Below, in pieces: positions 15,018-24,066 of a DNA stretch of 64,000 nt; within the stretch, counting starts at the first letter, position 1; the number at the start of each line of letters is the position of its first letter. The notes under the pieces were generated by a model, which searched no databases, was not told the origin of the DNA, and saw only the letters and a program-made list of their open reading frames with translations. This DNA is from Armatimonadota bacterium. GTDB lineage: Bacteria > Armatimonadota > SYMT01. The translations under genes and the position numbers were made by a program. Location: assembly GCA_046292385.1 (NCBI GenBank), contig JBKBRF010000017.1, forward strand, positions 37,727 to 101,726, read 5' to 3'.

Positions 15018-15053
15018 GGACAGCCCGGCCTCCACCTGGAGGCCGGGCTGTCC
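15018..15053. terminator. Strong GC hairpin, probable bidirectional terminator
   Basis: GGACAGCCCGGCCTCCA-CC-TGGAGGCCGGGCTGTCC between convergent genes. Confidence 0.65.
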
Positions 15054-15145
15054 TGCGTACGGCTGCGGAGCTCAGTGGGAGAGTGAGAGAGTGGGATCCG
15101 GGGCCGGCCGTGTGGCGCCGGTCTCCCGGATCCCCGGCGCACCGT

Positions 15146-15829
15146 TTAGAGCTGTTTGAGGTGGAAGTCTTTGAACTGCACCTTCATCGGCGGGCCCTGG
15201 TGGAGCTGCAGCGCGAGGATGCCCTCCGCCGCGCGGCCGTCGGTATCCTCGTCCGTCGTCTCGGCCGTCACCACGCCGTTGATCTCGTGGCGGAGCTGGT
15301 TGCCGCGAGCGACGAGGTGGTACTCGTTCCACTCCCCTTTCCGCACCGCCGCCTTGATCTTCTCCGGGTCTCCCACGGTGCCCACCACCTTCGGCTTGCC
15401 GTCTTCTCCGATGACGGTCCGCTGTCCCGGCTCGGCCAGGACGCCGCGTCCGCGCTCCTCGTAGATCAGGCCGTTCCAGCGGTCGCCGGCTTCGAAGTCG
15501 GCCTGGTAGCCTGCCACCACCCAGTTGCCCAGGTGCTTGCTGCGGTACTGGATGCCGGAGTTGCCGCCTTCGATGCGGAACTTCACCCGGAGGTCGAAGT
15601 CCTTCAGCGTGCCGCCCTTCCAGATCAGGAAGGTGTTCTGCGGCGTGGGGCGGTCCGGCGTGGTGGTGCCGGTCAGGGCGCCGTCCTGCACGGACCAGAA
15701 CTTCGGATCACCGTCCCAGCCGGTCAGGTCCTTCCCGTTGAAGAGGCTGCGGGAATCGGGCTGGGCGGCAGCCACGGTCGCGGCCGCGAGGGCGACCAGC
15801 GCGGTAAGGGAAATCAGGCGATGAGCCAT
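15146..15829 (-). CDS. DUF1080 / 3-keto-disaccharide hydrolase family secreted protein
   Basis: SLFNGKDLTGW, GNSGIQYRS, GYQAD, GEWNEY, GILALQLH. Confidence 0.9.
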   Translation of the reverse strand: MAHRLISLTALVALAAATVAAAQPDSRSLFNGKDLTGWDGDPKFWSVQDGALTGTTTPDRPTPQNTFLIWKGGTLKDFDLRVKFRIEGGNSGIQYRSKHLGNWVVAGYQADFEAGDRWNGLIYEERGRGVLAEPGQRTVIGEDGKPKVVGTVGDPEKIKAAVRKGEWNEYHLVARGNQLRHEINGVVTAETTDEDTDGRAAEGILALQLHQGPPMKVQFKDFHLKQL

Positions 15830-15905
15830 CCGGACGTCTCCTGCGGAAGCCGCGAGCGCCGACGGTCCGGCGCCGCACTACCGAATTTCCGCCGCCGTGC
15901 CCCGC

Positions 15906-17090
15906 TCACCTGCCCGCAGTGGCCTCGGCCAGCTCCGCGGCGGCGAGCGCGCGCTCGTCCGGGCCGCGCCTCGCGCTCGCCGGCGCGCCGCTGCCGCGCT
16001 CGCGCACCACTCGGATGAAGTGATCCGTGAAGATCGCGTTCCGCATCACGATCTCGCGCGGCATGTGGCAGCTTACGCAGTTCCCCCGCGGCTGCTCCGG
16101 GCAGACCGCCAGGTGCGGCTGGCCGCCGTGGCAGCCGGAGCAGACTTTCTTGTAGTGCTCCGGGTCCTTGCTGCTGTTTCCGTGCGGCTGGTGGCAGGAG
16201 ACACAGGAGAGGCCGCCCGGGGTCTCCGTGTAGCACTCGCTGCGCACCAGGCGCGCCGGGGCAAAGCGGATCATCACCGGCGCGTCCGGGTCGGTTCCCG
16301 GCGGCGGCTCCAGGCGATGACAGGTGGCGCAGAACCGCACGTTCTCTGCGCCGGAGCCGGAGCCGGGATTGGGAATGCTCCCCTTCGCCTGTCCGAGACG
16401 AGCCAGGCGGATGTGCTCGGCGCCGCCGCCGTGGCAGCGCTCGCACTGCACCCCTGCTTCGATGCGCGAGAGGTCCGGCCCATCCTTCTGCTGCAGCACG
16501 CCGGTGGCATGGCAGTCGAAGCAGGCATTGATCTCGTCCGGCGGCAGCGGGCGGCCGGCGGCGCTGCGGGAGCGGAGTGAGGGGTCATTCAGGAGGAAGC
16601 CGACAGTAAAGTCCCAGCCGGCGTTCCGATAGTAGGTGACGGGTGCCTCGACCCACTCACCGTTGGGGGTCTGCCCCACCGGGGTCATTGCCAGGGTTCC
16701 CGACCCGAACGCCCACTGCGTCGGGTTCCAGAGCGGGTTCCCGTTTAGCTGTCCTTCCACGCCGAAGACGCCGTCCTTCTGCGCTGCTCGCGTGAGCATC
16801 GGCAGCTCCGGATCGGAAAGCCACTTCGGCTCCGGGAGCGGAGAAGTGGCGGCGAACTGCTCCATCGTCGCCAGGGTGTGGGCGTGGTGACTCTCCGCGT
16901 GCTCGTCCACCAGGGCCGCGTGGCACTCCGCGCAGGCCTGGGAGCCGGCGAATCCTGGAACGAAGGCGCGCGGCGGCTGCGGCTCCGGACGCAGCGCCAG
17001 CGCAGCGACCCACGCCCCATACCCCGCGAGGGCCAGGGGAAGCAGCGCCAGCAGCCATCGCAGAGAACGGCCGCGAAGGAAGACGGGCAT
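15906..17090 (-). CDS. Multiheme c-type cytochrome (7 CxxCH)
   Basis: CAECH, CFDCH, CERCH, CATCH, CVSCH, CSGCH, CVSCH; N-terminal membrane anchor; FTDHFI C-terminal motif. Confidence 0.88.
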   Translation of the reverse strand: MPVFLRGRSLRWLLALLPLALAGYGAWVAALALRPEPQPPRAFVPGFAGSQACAECHAALVDEHAESHHAHTLATMEQFAATSPLPEPKWLSDPELPMLTRAAQKDGVFGVEGQLNGNPLWNPTQWAFGSGTLAMTPVGQTPNGEWVEAPVTYYRNAGWDFTVGFLLNDPSLRSRSAAGRPLPPDEINACFDCHATGVLQQKDGPDLSRIEAGVQCERCHGGGAEHIRLARLGQAKGSIPNPGSGSGAENVRFCATCHRLEPPPGTDPDAPVMIRFAPARLVRSECYTETPGGLSCVSCHQPHGNSSKDPEHYKKVCSGCHGGQPHLAVCPEQPRGNCVSCHMPREIVMRNAIFTDHFIRVVRERGSGAPASARRGPDERALAAAELAEATAGR

Positions 17091-17217
17091 TACAGTCGAA
17101 AAGGCTAAGCAGACCGAGGAAGCCGGGGGAATGTTCCCTGCCGGACACCGGCAGTCGGTCCGCACGATTGGCAGCAGTAGCTTCGCCGCCGGCGAGCTCG
17201 ATTCCTGAATGAGGACG

Positions 17218-18435
17218 ATGTCGAGAAACGGACAGCAGTCTCGCCGCCGCAGCGCCCGGAAGCTCGCGTTCGGGGTGCTCCTGCTCCTCGCCCTGGCCAT
17301 TCCCCTCGATCTGTTCGTGACCGGGCGGGACGCAAGGGCGCGCTGGATCAGCGCGCTGCCGCCTGGCGCGGTGCGTCAGCTCGGTCGCAGCTTCCCGCAG
17401 GATCCACCGGTCCTTTTCGCTCTGGCGCGCTCCCAGCGGAACCAGGGCGACAGCGCCGCTGCCGTGGAGACCCTCCGCCGCGCGACGGAGCTCGATCCCA
17501 CCTTCCAGCTGGGCCGGGGCGAGTATGCCGACACGTTGATCGACGTCGGACGCACGGCGGAGGCGCGATCGATCTCCCGCGAGTGCCTGATGAACCATCC
17601 CGAGGTGCTTCCCGCGCTGGTGGCGGAAGGGAGACTCTACGCGTCCCGAAACGAATGGCGTGAGGCCGCCCGCTCCGCGGCGGAGGCGCTCCAGGTGGCG
17701 CCCACCTCTCCGGATGCGTGGCTGCTTCAAGCCCGCGTCGACGCGGGGCAGAACCGGTGGCAGGAGGCCGCGGCCGCCGCGTCCCGCGTGTCGGGTATCG
17801 GCAGCCGGCAGTGGGAGGCGCGAGTGATCCGGGCGGAGGCGGCGATGGAGCTCGGGGACTTCACGCAAGCCGTGGAGCACGCCGAAGCGGCAGTAGCGCT
17901 CCGGCCGGTCGAGCACCGGGCCCAGACTTGCCTGGCGCGGGCGCTGCTGCAGGTGGGGGAGCCGGGCGCGCTGGAGCGTGCGAGGGGGGTCGCGGCGGAG
18001 GCGGTTCGGCTGGCCCCGCTGGACCGGCAGGCGCTCCTCGCCGCCGCGAGTGTGGAAGTGGCGCAATCTCGCTGGGATACCGCGCGAGAGCAGCTCGAGA
18101 CGATCCTGCAGGGCTGGCCGGACGCGAACGACGCTCGCCTGCTGCTCTCGCGAGTGGCGAAGGCCAGCGGAGATCTCGCCGCCGCCCGCCGCTGGACCAC
18201 GGAGCACCTGCGCTGGGAAAAGTTCCTGGGTGAGCGGGACATGCTGCTCGAGCGGGTGCGCGCGGTTCCCTACGACCCGCAGCCGTGGGTCGATCTCGCC
18301 GTGAGATACCAGGAATTCGGGATGTGGACGGAGGCCCGCCGCGCGGCGGGCGAAGCGCTCAAGAAGACGCGGGATCCGGGCGCGCTTGCATTGATGCATT
18401 CTTTACTGGGGGGGAAGGAGAAACCATCCCCCTGA
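17218..18435 (+). CDS. Membrane-anchored TPR protein
   Basis: N-terminal TM helix and repeated A..L.P TPR pattern; start may be 17209. Confidence 0.75.
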   Translation: MSRNGQQSRRRSARKLAFGVLLLLALAIPLDLFVTGRDARARWISALPPGAVRQLGRSFPQDPPVLFALARSQRNQGDSAAAVETLRRATELDPTFQLGRGEYADTLIDVGRTAEARSISRECLMNHPEVLPALVAEGRLYASRNEWREAARSAAEALQVAPTSPDAWLLQARVDAGQNRWQEAAAAASRVSGIGSRQWEARVIRAEAAMELGDFTQAVEHAEAAVALRPVEHRAQTCLARALLQVGEPGALERARGVAAEAVRLAPLDRQALLAAASVEVAQSRWDTAREQLETILQGWPDANDARLLLSRVAKASGDLAAARRWTTEHLRWEKFLGERDMLLERVRAVPYDPQPWVDLAVRYQEFGMWTEARRAAGEALKKTRDPGALALMHSLLGGKEKPSP

Positions 18436-18488
18436 TCGAACCCTCTTTTTAAGTACCGTTTAAGAAGACGGGAAGGAGGTGAGCAGGC

Positions 18489-18743
18489 GTGCAGCAAGAG
18501 GTCAGCAAGACGACCATGATCGCGGCAGTCGTTGTCGCGGTCCTGGTGCTGGGTGGTCTGGGTTGGTGGATCACGTTTGGGTCGAGCATGGCAACACCCC
18601 CGCCCCCGCGTACAAACCAGCCTCCGGGTGGGTACGAGGCTACCGCGAGTGGTCCGGCCGCCAAGATGCGAGGGATGAGCCCGGGCGTCACCCCAGGCGC
18701 CAACGGAGCGGCCGGCGGCTACAACGGCGTGCCGGGCCAGTGA
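18489..18743 (+). CDS. Small single-pass membrane protein
   Basis: GGAGGT RBS, GTG start, TM helix IAAVVVAVLVLGGLGWW, Pro/Gly-rich tail; directly upstream of the prepilin gene. Confidence 0.65.
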   Translation: MQQEVSKTTMIAAVVVAVLVLGGLGWWITFGSSMATPPPPRTNQPPGGYEATASGPAAKMRGMSPGVTPGANGAAGGYNGVPGQ

Positions 18744-18766
18744 CGGCCTTCGGAAGGAGATGAAGA

Positions 18767-19675
18767 ATGGAACGGGTTAAGAAACCGTTTAAGAAACGGG
18801 TCTCGGGCCCTTCGGGCTTTACCCTGATCGAGCTTCTCGTGGTCATCGCGATTATAGCCATCCTTGCGGCGATTCTCTTCCCCGTCTTCGCCCAGGCCCG
18901 AGAAGCCGCGCGGAAGGCGAGCTGTCAGAGCAACCTGAAGCAGCTCGGTGCCGCGATGCTGATGTACAGCTCCGACTACGACGAGAAGCTGCCTCACGCG
19001 GGCTGGAACAGCGGCGGCGACGTGGGTGGTCTCCTGATCCCGACTACAGCAAGCTGTATGGCAACCGGGGCCACGGTGGTTTGGAACGGGCAGATCGTGC
19101 CGTACGTCAAGAACCACGGCGTTTACAAGTGCCCCAGCGATCCGATCAACCGGGCGGTGAGCTACCTGTACAATCAAGAGCTCTCCTGGCGGGCGGGCGG
19201 TGGCGATCCGCGCGCCAATCCCACGAAGGTTCCGGCGATCCCCTCGCCGGCAGAGGCGTTCCTCCTGGTTGACGGGGGGATCCAGCCCACGGGACCCGGG
19301 ATGTACGGACTGGCCGCCAACACCCCGCGAGACCAGTGGGTACGGATCGACATCCAGTGCGGCGACTACACCGAGCCGCGCTCCTGGGACCGCCTGGTCG
19401 ATCGCCATCGCGCGGGCCGCACCCACGGCGGGGGCGCCAACTGGCTCTTCGCGGACGGCCACGTGAAGTGGGCCAAGCTGCAAACGCACCAGCTCGGGAC
19501 GGGGGCCGGCGACTGTCGCACCGGCTTCAGCCAGCCGAACGGTCATCGGACCAGCAGCGTGCCGATCTACTGGGCCAGCAACGTCGATAAGCCGTGCGGC
19601 CCGGACAACGGCGTAACCGATCCGTGGCAGCTCTGGGAGGACTGGGAGGAGCCGTCGCCGAACCCGGCGCAGTAA
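18767..19675 (+). CDS. DUF1559-type prepilin N-terminal cleavage/methylation protein with H-X9-DG motif
   Basis: [43 protein letters not shown]; [16 protein letters not shown]. Confidence 0.93.
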   Translation: MERVKKPFKKRVSGPSGFTLIELLVVIAIIAILAAILFPVFAQAREAARKASCQSNLKQLGAAMLMYSSDYDEKLPHAGWNSGGDVGGLLIPTTASCMATGATVVWNGQIVPYVKNHGVYKCPSDPINRAVSYLYNQELSWRAGGGDPRANPTKVPAIPSPAEAFLLVDGGIQPTGPGMYGLAANTPRDQWVRIDIQCGDYTEPRSWDRLVDRHRAGRTHGGGANWLFADGHVKWAKLQTHQLGTGAGDCRTGFSQPNGHRTSSVPIYWASNVDKPCGPDNGVTDPWQLWEDWEEPSPNPAQ

Positions 19676-19704
19676 GTCCCGGTCCAGGCCTCGAGCCTGA
19701 GCCA

Positions 19705-19746
19705 GAGAACGGCCGCGGGGAAGCAGCACTCCCCGCGGCCGTTCTC
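19705..19746. terminator. Hairpin between convergent genes
   Basis: GAGAACGGCCGCGGGGA...TCCCCGCGGCCGTTCTC. Confidence 0.65.
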
Positions 19747-19773
19747 GTTCTCGGAGGTGGAGCCGCTCCGCCG

Positions 19774-21456
19774 CTATTCCGGCTCCTGAATAGTGAGGTA
19801 CTGGTCCCCGGCTACGTTTCGCAGCCGGGTCCGCTTGCCGGAAGGCCAGTCGATCTCGACGCGGTCCGCTGCCGGGGCGCCTCCGAGCCCGACGAGGACG
19901 CGCGGATCGTTAGAGGAAAGCAGGCTCCCGGACGGCTGCGCTTCCAGGCGCTGCGTTCGACCGCCCGTCGTAACCCGAATGCGTGCGCCGATGCCGTCCC
20001 GGTTGCTCCGTGTCCCGCGCAGCCGGATCCCCAGCCAGTGGCCGGTCGACTCCAGGCAGTTCCGGAGCAGCAGCGGCTGTCCTTCCAGATCGATGACCAG
20101 CGCGTCCACGCGGCCATCGTCGTCGAAGTCGCCGAACGCCGCTCCGCGCCCCACGATCTCGCGGAGGCCCGGCAGAGCGGCAGCCGAGACATCGTGGAAC
20201 TTACCCTGCTGGTTGCGCAGCAGCAGCAGCGGCTGACGATACCGCTCGACCGAGCGGAGCTGCTCGACGTTGTCCTCTACGTGTCCGTTCACCACCAGGA
20301 GGTCTCTCCAACCATCATGGTCGAAGTCGAGGAACCTCGCTCCGAAGCCGACCAGCGGGTGGGTGGGACCGCCTACTCCGGCGGAGTAGCTTTCTTCGCT
20401 AAAGACGCTGCCGTCGCTGCGGTAGAGGGCCGTCGCCTGGGCGCTGAAGGTGGTGACCAGCAGGTCGCTCCGGCCGTCGTTGTCGTAGTCGCCCCAATCG
20501 ACTCCCATCCCCCCCTGGCGCCGGCCGTTCGCATCGTAGGCGGTGCCACTCTCGATGCCGATGTTCTTGAAACCGACGGCACCCCCGGCCGCGCCCTGAT
20601 TGAGGAAGAGGTCCCCGGCAATCATGTCGTTCGCCAGGTACAGGTCGGGCCAGCCGTCGTCGTTGAAGTCCTGGAACATCGCGCCCCAGGTCCGGCCGTG
20701 GGCGGTGTGCAGTCCCGAGGCGCGAGTCGCCTCCCGGAAACGACCCCCGCCCAGGCCCCGGTAGAAGCGGCCGATCTCCGGCTGATACAACTCCGGCCCG
20801 CAGACGGCCGATACGTCGCCATGGCGGCAGTACCGCTGGTCACGCGCCGGATCGAAGCGGGCGAACGCGCCGATGTACAGGTCGAGCAGTCCGTCCCGAT
20901 CGACGTCTCCGAACGCGATGCTCTGGCCCCAGGTGGGGAAAGTGACTCCGGAGGAGCGCGTGACGTTGACGAACCGCCCCTCCCGATTCTCGAGCATCGC
21001 CCCGCAGCGGTATCCGGAGAGGCAGAGATCCGGGTCTCCGTCGTTATCCCAGTCCGCCGCGCCCACGCCGATCCAGAACCCGGGGAGCGACAGCCCTGTC
21101 TCCGCGGTCACGTCGGTGAACCGGCCCCGGTCGTTTCGGAACAGCGCGGGGAGGCCCCGTCCGACCAGGAGTGCGTCGAGGTCGCCGTCGCTATCGTAGT
21201 CGAGCCAGGCGCAGCCGGAGCCGTTCGTCTCCAGAATGTCGCGCGGGCGCTCGGTCGGCTCGTTGGCGGAATACCGGATGCCGCGCTCCGCCGCCTCGTC
21301 CACGAAGACCCGCTCGCCGCCTTCCACTGCGCGCGCGGGGGTGGGCGCGGGCGCGGCGGTGCCGTGGGTGCGGCAGCCCCCGCCCCACAGCAGGGCTGCG
21401 GGGACGGAGAGCGCCGCCAGGACCCGGCCTTTAGTGGAAGTGAGACTCGATTTCAC
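19774..21456 (-). CDS. CRTAC1-like FG-GAP/VCBS repeat protein with ASPIC/UnbV domain
   Basis: Repeated DYD.DG..DL motifs, GRGAAFGDFDDDG, SNRDGIGARI, EIDWPSG. Confidence 0.9.
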   Translation of the reverse strand: MKSSLTSTKGRVLAALSVPAALLWGGGCRTHGTAAPAPTPARAVEGGERVFVDEAAERGIRYSANEPTERPRDILETNGSGCAWLDYDSDGDLDALLVGRGLPALFRNDRGRFTDVTAETGLSLPGFWIGVGAADWDNDGDPDLCLSGYRCGAMLENREGRFVNVTRSSGVTFPTWGQSIAFGDVDRDGLLDLYIGAFARFDPARDQRYCRHGDVSAVCGPELYQPEIGRFYRGLGGGRFREATRASGLHTAHGRTWGAMFQDFNDDGWPDLYLANDMIAGDLFLNQGAAGGAVGFKNIGIESGTAYDANGRRQGGMGVDWGDYDNDGRSDLLVTTFSAQATALYRSDGSVFSEESYSAGVGGPTHPLVGFGARFLDFDHDGWRDLLVVNGHVEDNVEQLRSVERYRQPLLLLRNQQGKFHDVSAAALPGLREIVGRGAAFGDFDDDGRVDALVIDLEGQPLLLRNCLESTGHWLGIRLRGTRSNRDGIGARIRVTTGGRTQRLEAQPSGSLLSSNDPRVLVGLGGAPAADRVEIDWPSGKRTRLRNVAGDQYLTIQEPE

Positions 21457-22684
21457 TGAGCAGCCTGGAGGCGTCGGTATCGGCAGGATTACGGCGGATC
21501 GCGGAGAGCACGGCCTTGTGCGCCGGCTCCCAGAGCTCCATGTCGCGGTAGAGGCGGGCGAGGGCGACCCAATGCTTCGCCTCGTCCGGTTGAAGCGCCA
21601 CGCGGTCGTGCAGCTTGACGCGCTGCTGCTCGAAGCGGTCCCATTTCTGGAACTCGGCGTCCACCTGCTTCGCCTCCGCGCTGCGTCCGAGCGCGCGCAG
21701 GGAGCGGGCGAGCGCGTAGCGGGCGGAGTTCAAAGACGGGTCGGCGCGCAAGGCGAACCGGAATTGCTGCTCCGCTTCCAGGTGCTTTCCCTCGGACTGG
21801 AGCACGGTGCCGAGGCCGGTATAGGCGCGCCCGGAGGTTTCACCCAGGGAGGTGGCGCGCTCGAATGCCGCCCGCGCGCGCTCCCGTTGGGCCGCGCCCC
21901 CCAGGAGGAGCGCCTGCCCGAGCTGGGTGTGGGTGTTGGGGTCCTTCGGCGCGGCGGCGACCGCCGCTTCGGCGTGCCGCTCCGCCTCGGCGAGCTTGCC
22001 GAGCTGCATTGCGGCTTCCGAAGCGAGCACCAGCGCCGCCGCGCTCCCCGGGTCGAGCGCCGCGGCGTGCTCGAAGTCGGCCAGCGCCTTTCCGTAGTCT
22101 CGCTGCCGCAGGACGGCGTCTCCGCGCAGGAGCCAGGCCTGCACGTTCTTCGGGTCCGACTGGATCGCGGCGTCGGCCGCCTGGAACTGCCGGCGCCACG
22201 CCTCCTGACCCTGGTAGAGCATGGCGAGGCCGAGGTAGGCGTCGGTGCTGGCGGGATCGTCCTGGATCGCCTGCCGCAGGTGCAGCAGCGCCTCCTGGTC
22301 CCGCCCGATCGAGACGAGGAGCGATCCCAGCGTGGCGCGCGCGCGGCTGAACTTGGGATCGATCTTGAGCGCCTCTTCCAGGGCGGCGAAGCCCTGGTCC
22401 GCCTGTCCCAGCTCCAGCTTCTTTCGCGCCAGGTAGTACTGCACCAGCGGATCGTCTTTCCGCGCGGCTTCCTTCTCAAGCTGCTGCACCGACATCCGCG
22501 CGAGCTGCGGCTCCCGCGGCGTGGGGTTGAACCAGATGCGCTGGATGCCCAGGGCGACGAGGCACAGCGCCAGGCCGCCGGTCAGCAGCGACAGGCGTTT
22601 GCGTTGGGACGGGTTCAGTGCAGCAGGTCGCATAGACTTCAGCGAGACGGGGGCAGAGCGATGCAGTGAGGTTAACTTGGACAC
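21431..22684 (-). CDS. Membrane-anchored TPR protein
   Basis: TM helix followed by numerous TPR repeats; overlaps the downstream CRTAC1 gene. Confidence 0.8.
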   Translation of the reverse strand: MSKLTSLHRSAPVSLKSMRPAALNPSQRKRLSLLTGGLALCLVALGIQRIWFNPTPREPQLARMSVQQLEKEAARKDDPLVQYYLARKKLELGQADQGFAALEEALKIDPKFSRARATLGSLLVSIGRDQEALLHLRQAIQDDPASTDAYLGLAMLYQGQEAWRRQFQAADAAIQSDPKNVQAWLLRGDAVLRQRDYGKALADFEHAAALDPGSAAALVLASEAAMQLGKLAEAERHAEAAVAAAPKDPNTHTQLGQALLLGGAAQRERARAAFERATSLGETSGRAYTGLGTVLQSEGKHLEAEQQFRFALRADPSLNSARYALARSLRALGRSAEAKQVDAEFQKWDRFEQQRVKLHDRVALQPDEAKHWVALARLYRDMELWEPAHKAVLSAIRRNPADTDASRLLSEIESHFH

Positions 22685-23040
22685 GCTGGCAGACAGTTCC
22701 CTCCGCCCCGCACTTCCACCGCAGGACGAAGCTCGGGTGCTACCGAACCTAGCTATTCAAAGGCGGAGGGATCGGCGAACCGGCCGATCCGGAGTCGTTC
22801 GCCGGAACCGCGATCGGAAATGAAGCTGCCAGTCGTTCTCCTCACTGCGGGAGCGCCGGTGTTGTCCGTCCTCCCCGACCGGCCGCCGGCGCGGCCCCTC
22901 CGCCGGACGGATCGACGCTTTGCCCACGCGTCACGACCACCGCGGTGGGCTGCCACCCCCGGCCCCGGCCCCGGCCCCGCGCGACCGCGGCTTGCCGCCG
23001 CGCGGACGGCGGCGGGAGGTCGGAGGAAGAGGGAACTGCT

Positions 23041-24066
23041 ATGAGCGGGACAGTGCTGTCCGAATCGGAGCACCGCAGCGCGCCTCGGCGCGGCGGCCGG
23101 AAGCTGAAGCTGCTGTTGGCGGCGCTGGCGGTCCTCGCGGCGGCCGGGACCGGGACCTGGTACGTAGCGTTCCGGCTGCCGGCGGAGCGTGCCCGGGCGG
23201 CGTTCGAGACGGCGGCGCGCGGAGTGGAGCAGCAGCAGTCCGGCGACCTGGAGGCGGCCATCCGCTCGTTTCAAGCGGCCACCCGGCTCGATGCGGACAA
23301 CTCACGCGCGTGGCTGCTGCTGGGCCAGGCGCATCGTGAGCGGGCGTCCGACTCCGCCGAGGGTCTGAAGGCGCTGGAGAGGGCGAGCGCGCTCGCCCCC
23401 ACGGAGGCGCCGGTGGTCCGGGAATACGGCTTTGCGCTGCGGCAGACGGGCCGTTTCGAGAAAGCCCGGGACGTGCTGCGCCGCGTGGTGGCGCTCGATC
23501 CGACCGACGCCGCCGCCCGGGTGGAGCTCGCCCAGGCTCATCTGGGTCTCGACGGCTCACCGGAGAACCTGGAGGCGGCGATCAGCGAATTGAGAACGGG
23601 CCTGGACCTGGAGCCCGGCAACGCGCGAGCCCGCTACTTCCTGGCGCGGACTCTGTTCCAGCGCGAGCAGCTGCCGGAGGCGGAGCGAGAGTTCAAGCTC
23701 ACGCTTTCGCTGCTTGCCGCCGGAGCCCGGCAGAGTCCCGGAATCATGGATGGCTTTCTGAACAACTCGGCGCGCTGGCTGAGCTTCGTCAAGAGCGCCC
23801 ACCACTACCTGGGGCAGATCGCCTACCGCAGCCGGCGGGACGCCGAGGCGGCACGCTACCGCGCAGTGCACGAAGACATCAAGCGGTACCTCGAAGTGAC
23901 GAGGGAGCCGTTTCGCATGCTGACGGTGGACGCGAACGATCCGGCCGCCAGGGCGGCGCTGAGTAAGATCTACGTGCGCTTTGGCTTCCCCAGGAGCGGT
24001 CCGGACGGCGCCGCCGCGGCCCGCCGGTGGATTCCCTCGGTGGCGGAGCCGAAGGGCGATGAGTAG
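23041..24066 (+). CDS. Membrane-anchored TPR protein
   Basis: GAGGG RBS; TM helix LLLAALAVLAAAG; TPR repeats. Confidence 0.78.
   Translation: MSGTVLSESEHRSAPRRGGRKLKLLLAALAVLAAAGTGTWYVAFRLPAERARAAFETAARGVEQQQSGDLEAAIRSFQAATRLDADNSRAWLLLGQAHRERASDSAEGLKALERASALAPTEAPVVREYGFALRQTGRFEKARDVLRRVVALDPTDAAARVELAQAHLGLDGSPENLEAAISELRTGLDLEPGNARARYFLARTLFQREQLPEAEREFKLTLSLLAAGARQSPGIMDGFLNNSARWLSFVKSAHHYLGQIAYRSRRDAEAARYRAVHEDIKRYLEVTREPFRMLTVDANDPAARAALSKIYVRFGFPRSGPDGAAAARRWIPSVAEPKGDE

Noticed and set aside
22820-23044. 74-aa ORF upstream of the TPR gene
   Set aside because: Low-complexity Pro/Arg/Ala sequence with no RBS or motif; more likely a divergent promoter region
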